A program made the translations under genes and the position numbers. Shown here piece by piece: positions 40,782 to 50,354 of a DNA stretch of 61,353 nt (position 1 is its first letter; every line of letters starts with the position of its first letter). A model generated the notes under the pieces. The model was not told where the DNA came from, did no database searches, and saw nothing but the letters and a program-made list of their open reading frames with translations. The stretch is from Arcobacter sp. GTDB taxonomy: Bacteria > Campylobacterota > Campylobacteria > Campylobacterales > Arcobacteraceae. The stretch lies in contig CBFIGT010000002.1 of the NCBI GenBank assembly GCA_965662175.1, positions 1 through 61,353 on the forward strand, written 5' to 3'.

Positions 40782-42185
40782 ATGAAAAAACTAATCCCTA
40801 TACTAATCCTACTAAGCACACTAACATACGCTACTACTCTACCAAACGAAGCAATAATAAAAATATTTGCTTCAATATCAACTCCAAACTATAAATACCC
40901 TTGGCAAACAAGTAAGATAGGTAATTATACAGGTTCTGGTTCTATTATAAAAGATAATATGATTTTAACATCTGCTCATGTTGTAAGTGGTGCTAGGTTT
41001 TTAGAAGTACAAAAGGAAAATGATCCTAAAAAATATATTGCGAGTGTTAAATATATTTCACATCAAGCAGATTTAGCAATAGTAGAAGTTGAAGATAAAA
41101 CATTTTTTGAGAGTACAAAACAATTAAAATTTAACTCAAATATTAAACCAAGGGATGAAGTTATAGTTTTAGGTTATCCTATAGGAGGACAAACTATTTC
41201 AACTACTACAGGAGTTGTATCTAGAATTGAATATACAAACTATGTTTGGAGTGGAGAGTATCTTTTAGCTGTTCAAGTTGATGCTGCTATTAATAGTGGA
41301 AATAGTGGTGGTCCAGCAATCAATAAAGATGGAGAGATTTTAGGGGTTGCTATGATGAGTTTAACAAATGCTAGCAATATCTCTTATATTGTTCCATCTA
41401 TTATTGTAAATACATTTTTAGAAGATATCAAAGATGGTGTAGTAAACGGCTTTGGTGATGATGGTACTTTAATAAACTATATTAGAAACGATAGTGTTAA
41501 AAAATATTTTGGACTAAAAGATGATAATGGTATTTTAGTTACTAAAGTAGCATATGGTACGAATAACTTCAAAGAGAATGATATTATCATTGAAATAGAT
41601 GGTAAAAAGATTGCAAATGATGCAACAATTAATTCTCAATTTGGTAGAGTTAATGCTAATTTAATTATGAATCAAAAACAAATAGGGGATACAGTTGAGT
41701 ATAAAGTGTTAAGAGATAAAAAGATTATATCTTTTACTCATACTATTAAAAAAAACAATCCTTTGATTAAAAGGGAGTTTAATAAAGAACCTAGATATTT
41801 GATATTTGGTGGTTTAGCTTTTACTCCACTTACAAAAAACTATATCTCTTCAATATCTAATAAATCAAATGCAATTGAAATGCTTTTTTACAATAAAGAT
41901 AAAACAGATGATTTTACAGAAGCTGTTATTTGGATGCAGGATATATTTCCTCACAAAGTAAATAGAGGATACTATTCAGGTGCTTATGTAGTAAAAACAG
42001 TAAATGATATAAAAGTAAAAAACTTCAAACACTTTGTATCTTTGATAGATAATTTAGATACTGAATTTGTGCTTATTGAAACACTAGAGAAACAAAAGAT
42101 TATATTAGATGTTAAAGAAGCAAAAGAGAGTTTTGAGGAGTTTAGGAAAATATATTATTTAAATAGTGATAGGAGAGTGAACTAA
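40782..42185 (+). CDS. Secreted trypsin-like (S1C, Deg/HtrA-type) serine protease with PDZ domains
   Basis: Signal peptide; catalytic triad TSAHVV, ADLA, INSGNSGGP; PRYLIFGGL second PDZ-like region. Confidence 0.92.
   Translation: MKKLIPILILLSTLTYATTLPNEAIIKIFASISTPNYKYPWQTSKIGNYTGSGSIIKDNMILTSAHVVSGARFLEVQKENDPKKYIASVKYISHQADLAIVEVEDKTFFESTKQLKFNSNIKPRDEVIVLGYPIGGQTISTTTGVVSRIEYTNYVWSGEYLLAVQVDAAINSGNSGGPAINKDGEILGVAMMSLTNASNISYIVPSIIVNTFLEDIKDGVVNGFGDDGTLINYIRNDSVKKYFGLKDDNGILVTKVAYGTNNFKENDIIIEIDGKKIANDATINSQFGRVNANLIMNQKQIGDTVEYKVLRDKKIISFTHTIKKNNPLIKREFNKEPRYLIFGGLAFTPLTKNYISSISNKSNAIEMLFYNKDKTDDFTEAVIWMQDIFPHKVNRGYYSGAYVVKTVNDIKVKNFKHFVSLIDNLDTEFVLIETLEKQKIILDVKEAKESFEEFRKIYYLNSDRRVN
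42010..42097 (+). repeat. 88-bp direct repeat, copy 2 (within protease CDS)
   Basis: Matches 36969-37056; offset 5,041 bp. Confidence 0.95.
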
Positions 42186-42199
42186 TATATTGACTCTCA

Positions 42200-42244
42200 C
42201 CTCTAAACACTCTCCACACAATCTCCACACAAAATAGCTAAACT
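42200..42244 (+). promoter_or_regulatory. Copper-operon promoter: TCTCCACACA tandem repeat (11-bp period) before -10-like TAAACT
   Basis: Exact copies at 42211-42220 and 42222-42231; 7/10 copy at 42200-42209. Confidence 0.65.
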
Positions 42245-42276
42245 TCTTAAAATCAAAAAAATTAAGGAGTTTCTTT

Positions 42277-42660
42277 ATGAAAAATCTATTTAAAATATTA
42301 CTAGGACTATTTGTATTTACAAGTTTGAGTTTTGCAGAGCCTTTACTACAAGAGGGAAGTAAAGATGGTTATGATGTGAAATTATCTAGTGAAAAATCAC
42401 TTGTTGTTGGAAATAATGAACTATTTATTGAGCTTACAAAAGATGGTGAACTAACAGAAGATACAAAAGTAAAAATCAAGTTTTATATGCCTGAAATGCC
42501 TGGTATGCCATATATGGAGTATGAGGATAAGGCAAAATTAGTTGATGGAAAATATAAAGTAAATATTAACTTCTCTATGGGTGGGACTTGGCAATATCAA
42601 TTGAAGTTTAAAACTTCAGATGGGAAAGTTCACAAAGTTAGAGGGAGCGTAAATCTCTAA
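42277..42660 (+). CDS. crdA: CrdA-like (YtkA/FixH-fold) periplasmic copper-binding protein
   Basis: Signal peptide; MPEMPGMPYM Met motif; FSMGGTW; first gene of an RND metal-efflux operon as in Helicobacter crdAB-czcBA. Confidence 0.8.
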   Translation: MKNLFKILLGLFVFTSLSFAEPLLQEGSKDGYDVKLSSEKSLVVGNNELFIELTKDGELTEDTKVKIKFYMPEMPGMPYMEYEDKAKLVDGKYKVNINFSMGGTWQYQLKFKTSDGKVHKVRGSVNL

Positions 42661-43856
42661 TGTTAAAAAATAGCTTTATCCTCATCTTATGTTTAGTGAG
42701 TTCATCTTTTTCTTTAACACTAAATGAAACAATAGATTTGGCAATATCTAATAATAAAGATTTAAAAAGTATTGAAAAATCAATAGATATAGCAAATGAG
42801 CAGATAAAGCTATCAAAAAAGTGGGAAAATCCCATTTTGACAATTGGTGCAAATGATATACAGTTTGATACCTCAAGACGTGACTTGGAGCCTATGCAAG
42901 CACAATATATAGGAATAACACAACTTATACCAATAAATAACAAGTTAGAACTGCAAGAAGAGATAAGTATCAAAGATAAAGAGATAGCAAAGCTATCTTT
43001 TGAGGATAAAAAATTAAAATTAAAATCCAAAATAATAGAGTATGCTTATACTCTAAAGATATTAGAAAGAAAATTAATACTACTTAATGAATATCAAAAA
43101 AATATAAAAGAGTTAGAGGATTTATCTCTTACTTTATATGAAAATAGTCAAGTTTCTCAAAACATCTTATTAAATCTAAAAACAATGTTTTATAAGCTTG
43201 AGTTAGAAAAAGAGAGTTTAAAAAATATAATAAAAAATAGTTATTTGAAACTTGAAGAGATAACTTATGAAAAAATAGAAAAACTGGATTTATCCTTAGA
43301 GTTAAACAAAATAGAGTTATCTTTAGATATTAACAATCACCCAAATATAAAGATATTAGAGTTAAATAGTCAAAAATTTGATAAACAGGCTCTTTTGGAA
43401 GATTCAAAAAAATTATCAGATATTAAAGTAAATCTTGCATATTTTCAAAGGGATGATAAATATAAAGATTATGCAAACTTATCTATTAGTATTCCACTTG
43501 CAATAAATGATAGGGAAAATATAAAATCATTTTTAGCAAAAATAAAATCTAATGAATATGATGAAAAACTAGAAGATAGAAAAAAAGTATTTGAAGTAGA
43601 GATTTTATCTTTACAAAATGATTTAGATAGTTATTTAAAAAAATATATGATTTTAGAGGAGACAATTATTCCAATTCAAGAGAAAAATCAGATTTTATTA
43701 GAGAGTTATAATAGTCTTGAATTAATAAAAACAAATGAAATATTTGCTAACTTAAATGAAATTATAAAAAATAAAATATTTTTATTGGATGAGATGAAAA
43801 GTTTTTTTTCAGCATATAGCAAAGCCTATTACTATACACAAGGAAAAAGTAAATGA
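42660..43856 (+). CDS. TolC-family outer-membrane efflux protein (CrdB/CusC-like)
   Basis: Signal peptide, WENP, EPMQ, ISIPL, helical repeats; operon context. Confidence 0.85.
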   Translation: MLKNSFILILCLVSSSFSLTLNETIDLAISNNKDLKSIEKSIDIANEQIKLSKKWENPILTIGANDIQFDTSRRDLEPMQAQYIGITQLIPINNKLELQEEISIKDKEIAKLSFEDKKLKLKSKIIEYAYTLKILERKLILLNEYQKNIKELEDLSLTLYENSQVSQNILLNLKTMFYKLELEKESLKNIIKNSYLKLEEITYEKIEKLDLSLELNKIELSLDINNHPNIKILELNSQKFDKQALLEDSKKLSDIKVNLAYFQRDDKYKDYANLSISIPLAINDRENIKSFLAKIKSNEYDEKLEDRKKVFEVEILSLQNDLDSYLKKYMILEETIIPIQEKNQILLESYNSLELIKTNEIFANLNEIIKNKIFLLDEMKSFFSAYSKAYYYTQGKSK

Positions 43857-44836
43857 AAACAATATGTAAATTAATAGTTATATTTCTAGCTTTTGTATCC
43901 TTGGAAGCAAAAATTTTAGAAGTAAATCAACTCTTTAATAAAGAGATAGTTAAAGTAAAAGATGAAACTGTTTATGAAACAAAGAGTTTTTACGGGGAGA
44001 CTTTATTTGCTGAAGATAGTATAAAAGATATTGTTTTAAGGGTAGATGCTTATGTTAGCTCTTTAAATGCAAACAAAAATTTAATGCAAATAAAAAAAGG
44101 AGAAGAGCTTTTCTCTTTATATTCAAATAAAGTACATAGTATAAAAAAAGAGATTGATATTTCTAAATCAATTAACAAAAATCTATATAAAAGCTCTTTG
44201 GCAAAACTTGACTCTTTGGATATCAAATTAAATCAAATCAAAAACAATGATATCTATTTTTATGCTCCTTATGATGCAATTGTTTTAAATAAAAAGATTA
44301 ATGATGGCTCATATGTAAAAAGTGGTTCATTACTTATGCAATTGGCTTCTATTGATAAATTATGGTTTATAGCAAAAGTTTATCAAAGTGATTTGCCATT
44401 TTTATCAAATAATATGGAAGCTAAAATAAAAGTAGATGGTATTGATATGAGTTTTAAAACAAAAATTGATTATATCTATCCAATGGCAAATAGTAAAACA
44501 AAAACTATAGATATAAGATTTGAACTTGATAATAAAGAGATGAAACTCTATCCTAATATGTTTGGAAAAGCTATTATAAAAACTAGTTCAAAAAAGATGT
44601 TGACTCTACCTAAAACAGCTGTTTTAACAAAGGGTTCTAAACATTATGTTTTTAAAGCTATTTCTGATGATGAGTTTGAGCCTATTTTAATAGAAGCTAG
44701 AAGAATAAGCTCTTCTAAATATGAGATTGAAGAGGGTTTAAATATAGGAGATGAGGTTATAAACAATGCGCTTTTTTTACTTGATTCAGATGCTATAACA
44801 AATGGTTTGTATGATGACAAAGATACAGACTGGTAA
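43853..44836 (+). CDS. RND periplasmic adaptor (CusB/CzcB-like)
   Basis: IDYIYP, LYPNMF, LPKTAV, FLLDSD. Confidence 0.9.
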   Translation: MKTICKLIVIFLAFVSLEAKILEVNQLFNKEIVKVKDETVYETKSFYGETLFAEDSIKDIVLRVDAYVSSLNANKNLMQIKKGEELFSLYSNKVHSIKKEIDISKSINKNLYKSSLAKLDSLDIKLNQIKNNDIYFYAPYDAIVLNKKINDGSYVKSGSLLMQLASIDKLWFIAKVYQSDLPFLSNNMEAKIKVDGIDMSFKTKIDYIYPMANSKTKTIDIRFELDNKEMKLYPNMFGKAIIKTSSKKMLTLPKTAVLTKGSKHYVFKAISDDEFEPILIEARRISSSKYEIEEGLNIGDEVINNALFLLDSDAITNGLYDDKDTDW

Positions 44837-44845
44837 GGCAAAAAA

Positions 44846-47800
44846 ATGGTAGAAAATATAATCTCATATAGTATTAAAAATAAGTTTTTAATACTGTTTT
44901 CAACTATAATCTTGACATTTGCATCCCTTTGGGCTTTGAAAAATACCTCTTTGGATGCTTTGCCTGATTTATCTCCTCCTCAAGTTATAGTGCAAGTTAA
45001 ATGGGCTGGACAAAGTCCTAAGACAATTGAAGATCAAATATCTTATCCTCTTATTTCAAATCTTATGTCATTACCAAATATTGATACTGTAAGAGCCATG
45101 AGCTCTTTTCAAAATGCATTAATTTATGTGATTTTTAAAGATGGTACAGATTTATATGATGCTAGAAATAGGATATTAGAGCAATTATCCACTTTACAAG
45201 GTGAATTTCCCCAAGAAGCAACGGTTGCTATTGGACCTGATGCCACAGGTGTTGGTTGGGCTTATGAGTATGCTTTAAAATCAAAAATAAAATCTTTGGC
45301 TGAGCTTAGAAGTTTACAAGACTATTATTATAAATATGCACTTTTGGGAGTTGATGGGGTTTCAGAAATCGCCTCTATTGGAGGTTTTATTAAAAATTAT
45401 GAAATCACTTTAAATCAAGATAAATTAGTTCAATATAATCTAAGTATCAATGATATAAAAAAAGCAATCACCTCAAACAATGATGAAAAGGGTGGAAGAA
45501 TTATTTTAGAAAATGGCTTTGAACATATGATTCAAGCAAAAGCTTATCTAAAAAGTGTAGTTGATATTGAAAATATTACAATTAAAACTGAAAACTCTTT
45601 ACCCCTAAAAATAAAAGATATTGCTACTGTTAATATAAGTTCTGTAAATAGAAGAGGAATGGCTGATTTAGATGGGCAGGGTGAAACAGTAGGGGGAATT
45701 GTAGTTGTTAGATTTGGAGAAAATCCTTATACTGTTATAAAAGCTGTAAAAGAGAGAATTAAAACACTAAAAATCGATGATGTGGAAGTTATTGAGACTT
45801 ATGATAGAAGCTCTTTAATTGATAAGGCAATTGATACTTTAAAAAGTACTTTAATTGAAGAATCAATTATAGTGATGATTATTAGTGGACTATTTTTATT
45901 TCATTTTAGATCTGCTCTTATTATAATTATTACTCTTCCAATTACTGTTTTGATTACTTTTTTACTTATGAAAGCTTTTGGAATGGGCTCAAATATTATG
46001 AGTTTAGGTGGAATTGCCATAGCAATTGGTGCGATGGTTGATGCAACTATTGTAATGGTTGAAAATGCTCATAAATATCTACAAGGGAAAGAGAATATAA
46101 GTAATAGTGAAAGAGTTGGAATAATTATAAAATCAGCAAAACAAGTAGGGCGTCCAATTTTCTTTGCATTGATTTTAGTTGTTGTATCTTTTTTACCAAT
46201 ATTTGCTTTAACTGGACAAGAAGGTCGTCTTTTTGGACCTTTAGCTTTTACAAAAACCTTTGCAATGATTAGTGGAGCTATTTTATCAATTACTTTGGTT
46301 CCTATTTTAATGGTGTTTTTTATTAGAGGTAAAATTATGAGTGAAGATAAAAACTTATTAAATAAGTTTTTTATAATGCTTTATTCTCCACTTTTAAAAA
46401 TATCTTTAAAGTTTAGATATTTAGTTGTTTTACTCTTTTTAGGAACAATTATTTTAGCTTATCCAGTTTATAAAAAACAAAACTGGGAATTTATGCCTAT
46501 GATGAATGAACAGACTTTTATGTATATGCCTGTAACTCCCTATGGTATTGGTATTGATTTAGCACGAGAATTAACTCAAAAAACAGATAAGATAATAAAA
46601 TCATTTCCAGAAGTGCAAACAGTATTTGGAAAAGCTGGACGAGCCGATAGTGCAACAGACCCAGCACCTTTAGCAATGATTGAAACAATAATCACTTTTA
46701 AGCCTGAAAATGAGTGGCGAGAGGGAATGACATATAAAAAACTTATGCAAGAGATGGATGAAAAACTAAGAGTTGCAGGTCTTATAAACTCTTGGACATA
46801 TCCAATTCGTGGTAGAATAGATATGCTTTTAACAGGTATTAGAACGCCTCTAGGAATTAAACTTTATGGAAATGACCATCATGAGCTTGAAAAAACAGCA
46901 GCTTTGATTGAACAAAAACTAAAAAAGTTTGATAAAACTCTATCTATTTCAACTGATAAAATAAATTCAGGATACTATTTAAGTATAGATATTGATGAAG
47001 AGATGATTTCTAGGTATGGAATATCTAAGAATGATGTTTTATCAACAATCTCACTTGGAGTAGCTGGTACAAAAATATCTACATTTTTTGATGGATTAGA
47101 GAGATATCCTATAAGTTTGAGATTTGAAACAGCCCAAAGGGAAGATATTACATCTTTAGAGCAATTGCAAGTTAAAACAGAGCTTGGATTTCAGCCTTTA
47201 AAAATGTTTGCAAATCTAAAATATGAAGAGGGACCATCTGTAATAAAATCTGAAAAAGCCCTAAATGTAAACTTTATTTATATAACACCAAAAAGTGATA
47301 TTTCAGCAAAACAGTATAAAGATGAAGCAAAAGAGATTTTAAAAGAGCTAAAGCTTCCAAGCGGTTTTTATTATGAGTGGGCAGGGCAGAGTGAGTATTT
47401 AGAAAAAGCCATGGAGAGATTAACTTATATTATTCCTTTAACATTTGTAATTATATTTTTATTAATATTTTTTGCCCTAAGAAATATAACATATACAGTA
47501 ATTATATTTTTCACATTGCCATTTGCACTTACAGGTGGAATATTTTATTTAGATTATCTAAATTTTAATATCTCAATTGCTGTAATTGTTGGCTTTTTGG
47601 CTCTTTTAGGAGTTGCTGCTGAAACCTCTATTGTGATGCTTGTATATTTACATGAGGCAATGCTTGAATTAAAGCAAAAGAGTGTAGTTTTAGACAAAAC
47701 AAATCTATTTGCAGCTATTTATAAAGGTGCTGTTTTAAGACTTCGTCCTAAGCTTATGACTCTGTTTGCTATTTTAGGGGGACTTATTCCTATTATGTAT

Positions 47801-47962
47801 ATAAATGGAGTAGGGAGTGAAGTTATGCAAAGAATCGCAGCTCCTATGATTGGTGGTATGCTTAGTTCAGCAATTTTAACATTAATTATTATTCCAGCAA
47901 TATTTTATATTTTGGTTTTAAGAAAAAAAGAGAAAATTTTTGATAGTGAAATATCTCACTAA
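44846..47962 (+). CDS. cusA: CusA-type Cu(I)/Ag(I) RND efflux permease
   Basis: DALPDLS, GPDATGVGW, AIGAMVD, FMPMMNE..MYMP, PLAMIET, RIDMLLTG, RLRPKLMT. Confidence 0.93.
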   Translation: MVENIISYSIKNKFLILFSTIILTFASLWALKNTSLDALPDLSPPQVIVQVKWAGQSPKTIEDQISYPLISNLMSLPNIDTVRAMSSFQNALIYVIFKDGTDLYDARNRILEQLSTLQGEFPQEATVAIGPDATGVGWAYEYALKSKIKSLAELRSLQDYYYKYALLGVDGVSEIASIGGFIKNYEITLNQDKLVQYNLSINDIKKAITSNNDEKGGRIILENGFEHMIQAKAYLKSVVDIENITIKTENSLPLKIKDIATVNISSVNRRGMADLDGQGETVGGIVVVRFGENPYTVIKAVKERIKTLKIDDVEVIETYDRSSLIDKAIDTLKSTLIEESIIVMIISGLFLFHFRSALIIIITLPITVLITFLLMKAFGMGSNIMSLGGIAIAIGAMVDATIVMVENAHKYLQGKENISNSERVGIIIKSAKQVGRPIFFALILVVVSFLPIFALTGQEGRLFGPLAFTKTFAMISGAILSITLVPILMVFFIRGKIMSEDKNLLNKFFIMLYSPLLKISLKFRYLVVLLFLGTIILAYPVYKKQNWEFMPMMNEQTFMYMPVTPYGIGIDLARELTQKTDKIIKSFPEVQTVFGKAGRADSATDPAPLAMIETIITFKPENEWREGMTYKKLMQEMDEKLRVAGLINSWTYPIRGRIDMLLTGIRTPLGIKLYGNDHHELEKTAALIEQKLKKFDKTLSISTDKINSGYYLSIDIDEEMISRYGISKNDVLSTISLGVAGTKISTFFDGLERYPISLRFETAQREDITSLEQLQVKTELGFQPLKMFANLKYEEGPSVIKSEKALNVNFIYITPKSDISAKQYKDEAKEILKELKLPSGFYYEWAGQSEYLEKAMERLTYIIPLTFVIIFLLIFFALRNITYTVIIFFTLPFALTGGIFYLDYLNFNISIAVIVGFLALLGVAAETSIVMLVYLHEAMLELKQKSVVLDKTNLFAAIYKGAVLRLRPKLMTLFAILGGLIPIMYINGVGSEVMQRIAAPMIGGMLSSAILTLIIIPAIFYILVLRKKEKIFDSEISH

Positions 47963-47972
47963 ATTATTTTAC

Positions 47973-48004
47973 TACACAAAAAGTACACATTAAAATTATA
48001 AAAT
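47973..48004 (+). promoter_or_regulatory. TACACA-N5-TACACA box and -10-like element upstream of yceI
   Basis: TACACA at 47973 and 47984 (11-bp period), then TATAAA/TAAAAT at 47997-48004. Confidence 0.55.
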
Positions 48005-48035
48005 TAGATTAATAAATTGATGAAAGGTTGAAGAT

Positions 48036-48620
48036 ATGAATAAATTAATTAAATCATTTTTAGTTATCTGTTTTGGTGCATCAATTGCTCTAAATGCATC
48101 ACCACATAAATTAGATAAAGGTCATAGTGATGTTGCTTTTTCAGTAAAACATCTTATGATTACTAATGTAAAAGGTAATTTTAAAGAGTTTGATGGAGTT
48201 ATTGATTTTGATTATAAAACAAAAACTTTTAATACTTTTAAAGGTACAATTAAATCAACATCAGTAGATACAGGTATTGAAAAAAGAGACAATCACTTAA
48301 GAAGTGAAGATTTCTTTTTATCAGAAAAATATCCTGATATTGTTTTTGAGATGACTTCTTATAAAGCTGATGGGGATGAGGGTATTATGACTGGTAATTT
48401 AACTATTAGAGGGATTACAAAAGTAGTTGAATTAGAAGTTGAAGATTTAGGTACAGTAGTTGATTTCCAAGGAAACAATAGAGTTGGATTTACATTAAAA
48501 GGAAAAATCAATAGATTTGATTATGACTTAAAATGGAATAAAGCTTTAGAGTTAGGTGGAGTTGCTGTTAGTGAAGATGTTAAACTTGTTGCTGATTTAC
48601 AAGCAATAGAAACAAAATAA
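48036..48620 (+). CDS. YceI-family periplasmic lipid/isoprenoid-binding protein
   Basis: Signal peptide; HSDVAFSVKHL, RDNHLRSEDFF, GNLTIRGITK. Confidence 0.93.
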   Translation: MNKLIKSFLVICFGASIALNASPHKLDKGHSDVAFSVKHLMITNVKGNFKEFDGVIDFDYKTKTFNTFKGTIKSTSVDTGIEKRDNHLRSEDFFLSEKYPDIVFEMTSYKADGDEGIMTGNLTIRGITKVVELEVEDLGTVVDFQGNNRVGFTLKGKINRFDYDLKWNKALELGGVAVSEDVKLVADLQAIETK

Positions 48621-48640
48621 ATTTAAAATAGGAGAATTAT

Positions 48641-48931
48641 ATGAAGAAAATGATTATGTTAGTAGCTGCGCTACTATTTACAACAGGTATGGCTTTTGCT
48701 GATGGACACAAAGGTTCTTGTGGAGCTGGTAAATGTGGTTCTGAAGTTAAAAAAGAGATGAAACAAGAGGGTTCTTGTGGTTCAGGAAAATGTGGTTCTG
48801 AAATGAAAAAAGAGATGGAAGAGAAAAAAAGCGGTTCTTGTGGTTCAGGAAAATGTGGTTCTGAATCTAAAAAAGAGATGAAAGAGACTAAAAAAGCAAC
48901 TGGTTCTTGTGGTGCAGGAAAATGTGGGTGA
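48641..48931 (+). CDS. Secreted Cys/Met/Lys-rich repeat peptide, HvfA-like (4x GSCGxGKCG)
   Basis: AGGAG SD; Sec signal MKKMIMLVAALLFTTGMAFA; eight Cys in four repeats. Confidence 0.85.
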   Translation: MKKMIMLVAALLFTTGMAFADGHKGSCGAGKCGSEVKKEMKQEGSCGSGKCGSEMKKEMEEKKSGSCGSGKCGSESKKEMKETKKATGSCGAGKCG

Positions 48932-48943
48932 GATAAACCACCT

Positions 48944-48973
48944 TTTTGAGTGTAGAACTTTCTACACTCAAAA
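48944..48973. terminator. Bidirectional intrinsic terminator
   Basis: TTTTGAGTGTAGAA-CT-TTCTACACTCAAAA between convergent genes. Confidence 0.8.
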
Positions 48974-50320
48974 CTATTTACATAAAACTTTTAACCTACT
49001 ATTCGTATAAAAATAAGCAAAAATAGCAGCTGAGTAAATCATTACAAACATTCCTACAAATAAGTATACATACTCTAGTTCGTAATACTTTACAATTATA
49101 AATGCAACTAATGTTTTAGCAATAATCTGTCTATAAAGCCCAATCCAAAAAATCATCTTAACTTGTTTGATAGCTTGAAGAGTTGATACACAAATAAATA
49201 ATACAACATAAGCATAGAAAATCCAAACTTCAACTAACAAATAATCAAAACCATATTGAACTACATTTGGGTCATTATCAAACTGTTTGATAATAAAATC
49301 ACCAAATAAATATAAAAATCCAATACCAAAAGTAGAAATATAAAAACCATATTTTAATGATACTTTTACTATTTCTCTTACTCTATCAAACTGTTTAGCT
49401 CCATAGTTGTTTGAAACCAAAGATAAAACAGCTGTACTAAGTCCAAGTGCAGGTAAAAGCATAAGTTGCTCAACTCTAAAACCTATCCCATAACCAGCAA
49501 CTGCTTTTACTCCATAATGAGTAACAAAATATGTAAGAATAACAGAACCAAAAGCCATTGTAAGCATATTTAAACTAGCTGGAGTTCCTTGTTTTATAAA
49601 AGCATTAAAAACTCTTAAGTTAGGTAAATAGTACTCTAGTTTATCAAAATGAATTAGTTTTGTTTGTAAAACCTTATAAAGCATATAAAACATATTTATT
49701 ATTTGTATTAAGACTGTAGCAAAAGCAATTCCAGCTATTCCCATACTAGGAATAAACCAAAATCCATAAATAAATAGAGGATTTAAAACTAAATTAGCAA
49801 AAAAACCAAAAACCAAAGAGTTCCTATATGTTTTTGTATCTCCCCTTGCAACTAAAATTGCATTTAATGAGAAGTTTGTAGTAAAAAAAACAGCTCCAAA
49901 AAGTATAACATTCATATAATCAAGTGAAATATCTAGATATTCACCTTTTGCACCAAGTATAGTAAAAATATATGGAGAGACTAAATATCCAATGAAAGCT
50001 AGAATAAGCCCAAGACAAAATAGAAAACTAATACCTTTATGTGCATAAATAGAGCCTAAATGGTATCTTTTTTTACCAAAGGCATTTCCAATAAGTGCTG
50101 TAATCGCAGATGAAAATCCATATCCAAAGCCAATAATCAAAAAATAAATCATAAATGATAGTGTTAAAGCAGAGACTGCTTCTGTGGAGATAAGTCCCGC
50201 ATAAAATGTATCAACTACATTATACATAGTGTTAAAAAACATTCCAGTACTAGCTGGAATTGCTAACTCTTTTATTAGTTTTGGGATTGGTTCTTCAAGT
50301 AAGTGCTTACTTTTATTCAA
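48974..50320 (-). CDS. MATE-family efflux transporter
   Basis: YNVVDTFYAG, RGDTKT, GIAGIAFAT, NNYGAKQFDR; about 12 TM helices. Confidence 0.93.
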   Translation of the reverse strand: MNKSKHLLEEPIPKLIKELAIPASTGMFFNTMYNVVDTFYAGLISTEAVSALTLSFMIYFLIIGFGYGFSSAITALIGNAFGKKRYHLGSIYAHKGISFLFCLGLILAFIGYLVSPYIFTILGAKGEYLDISLDYMNVILFGAVFFTTNFSLNAILVARGDTKTYRNSLVFGFFANLVLNPLFIYGFWFIPSMGIAGIAFATVLIQIINMFYMLYKVLQTKLIHFDKLEYYLPNLRVFNAFIKQGTPASLNMLTMAFGSVILTYFVTHYGVKAVAGYGIGFRVEQLMLLPALGLSTAVLSLVSNNYGAKQFDRVREIVKVSLKYGFYISTFGIGFLYLFGDFIIKQFDNDPNVVQYGFDYLLVEVWIFYAYVVLFICVSTLQAIKQVKMIFWIGLYRQIIAKTLVAFIIVKYYELEYVYLFVGMFVMIYSAAIFAYFYTNSRLKVLCK

Positions 50321-50354
50321 AAATTTTCCTTACTTGAAGTTTTTATTTGTAGTT

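Noticed and set aside
48712..48928. Regularly spaced DNA repeats resembling a CRISPR array
   Set aside because: They are codons of the GSCGxGKCG peptide repeats; spacers are mutually similar and in frame; no cas genes in the window.
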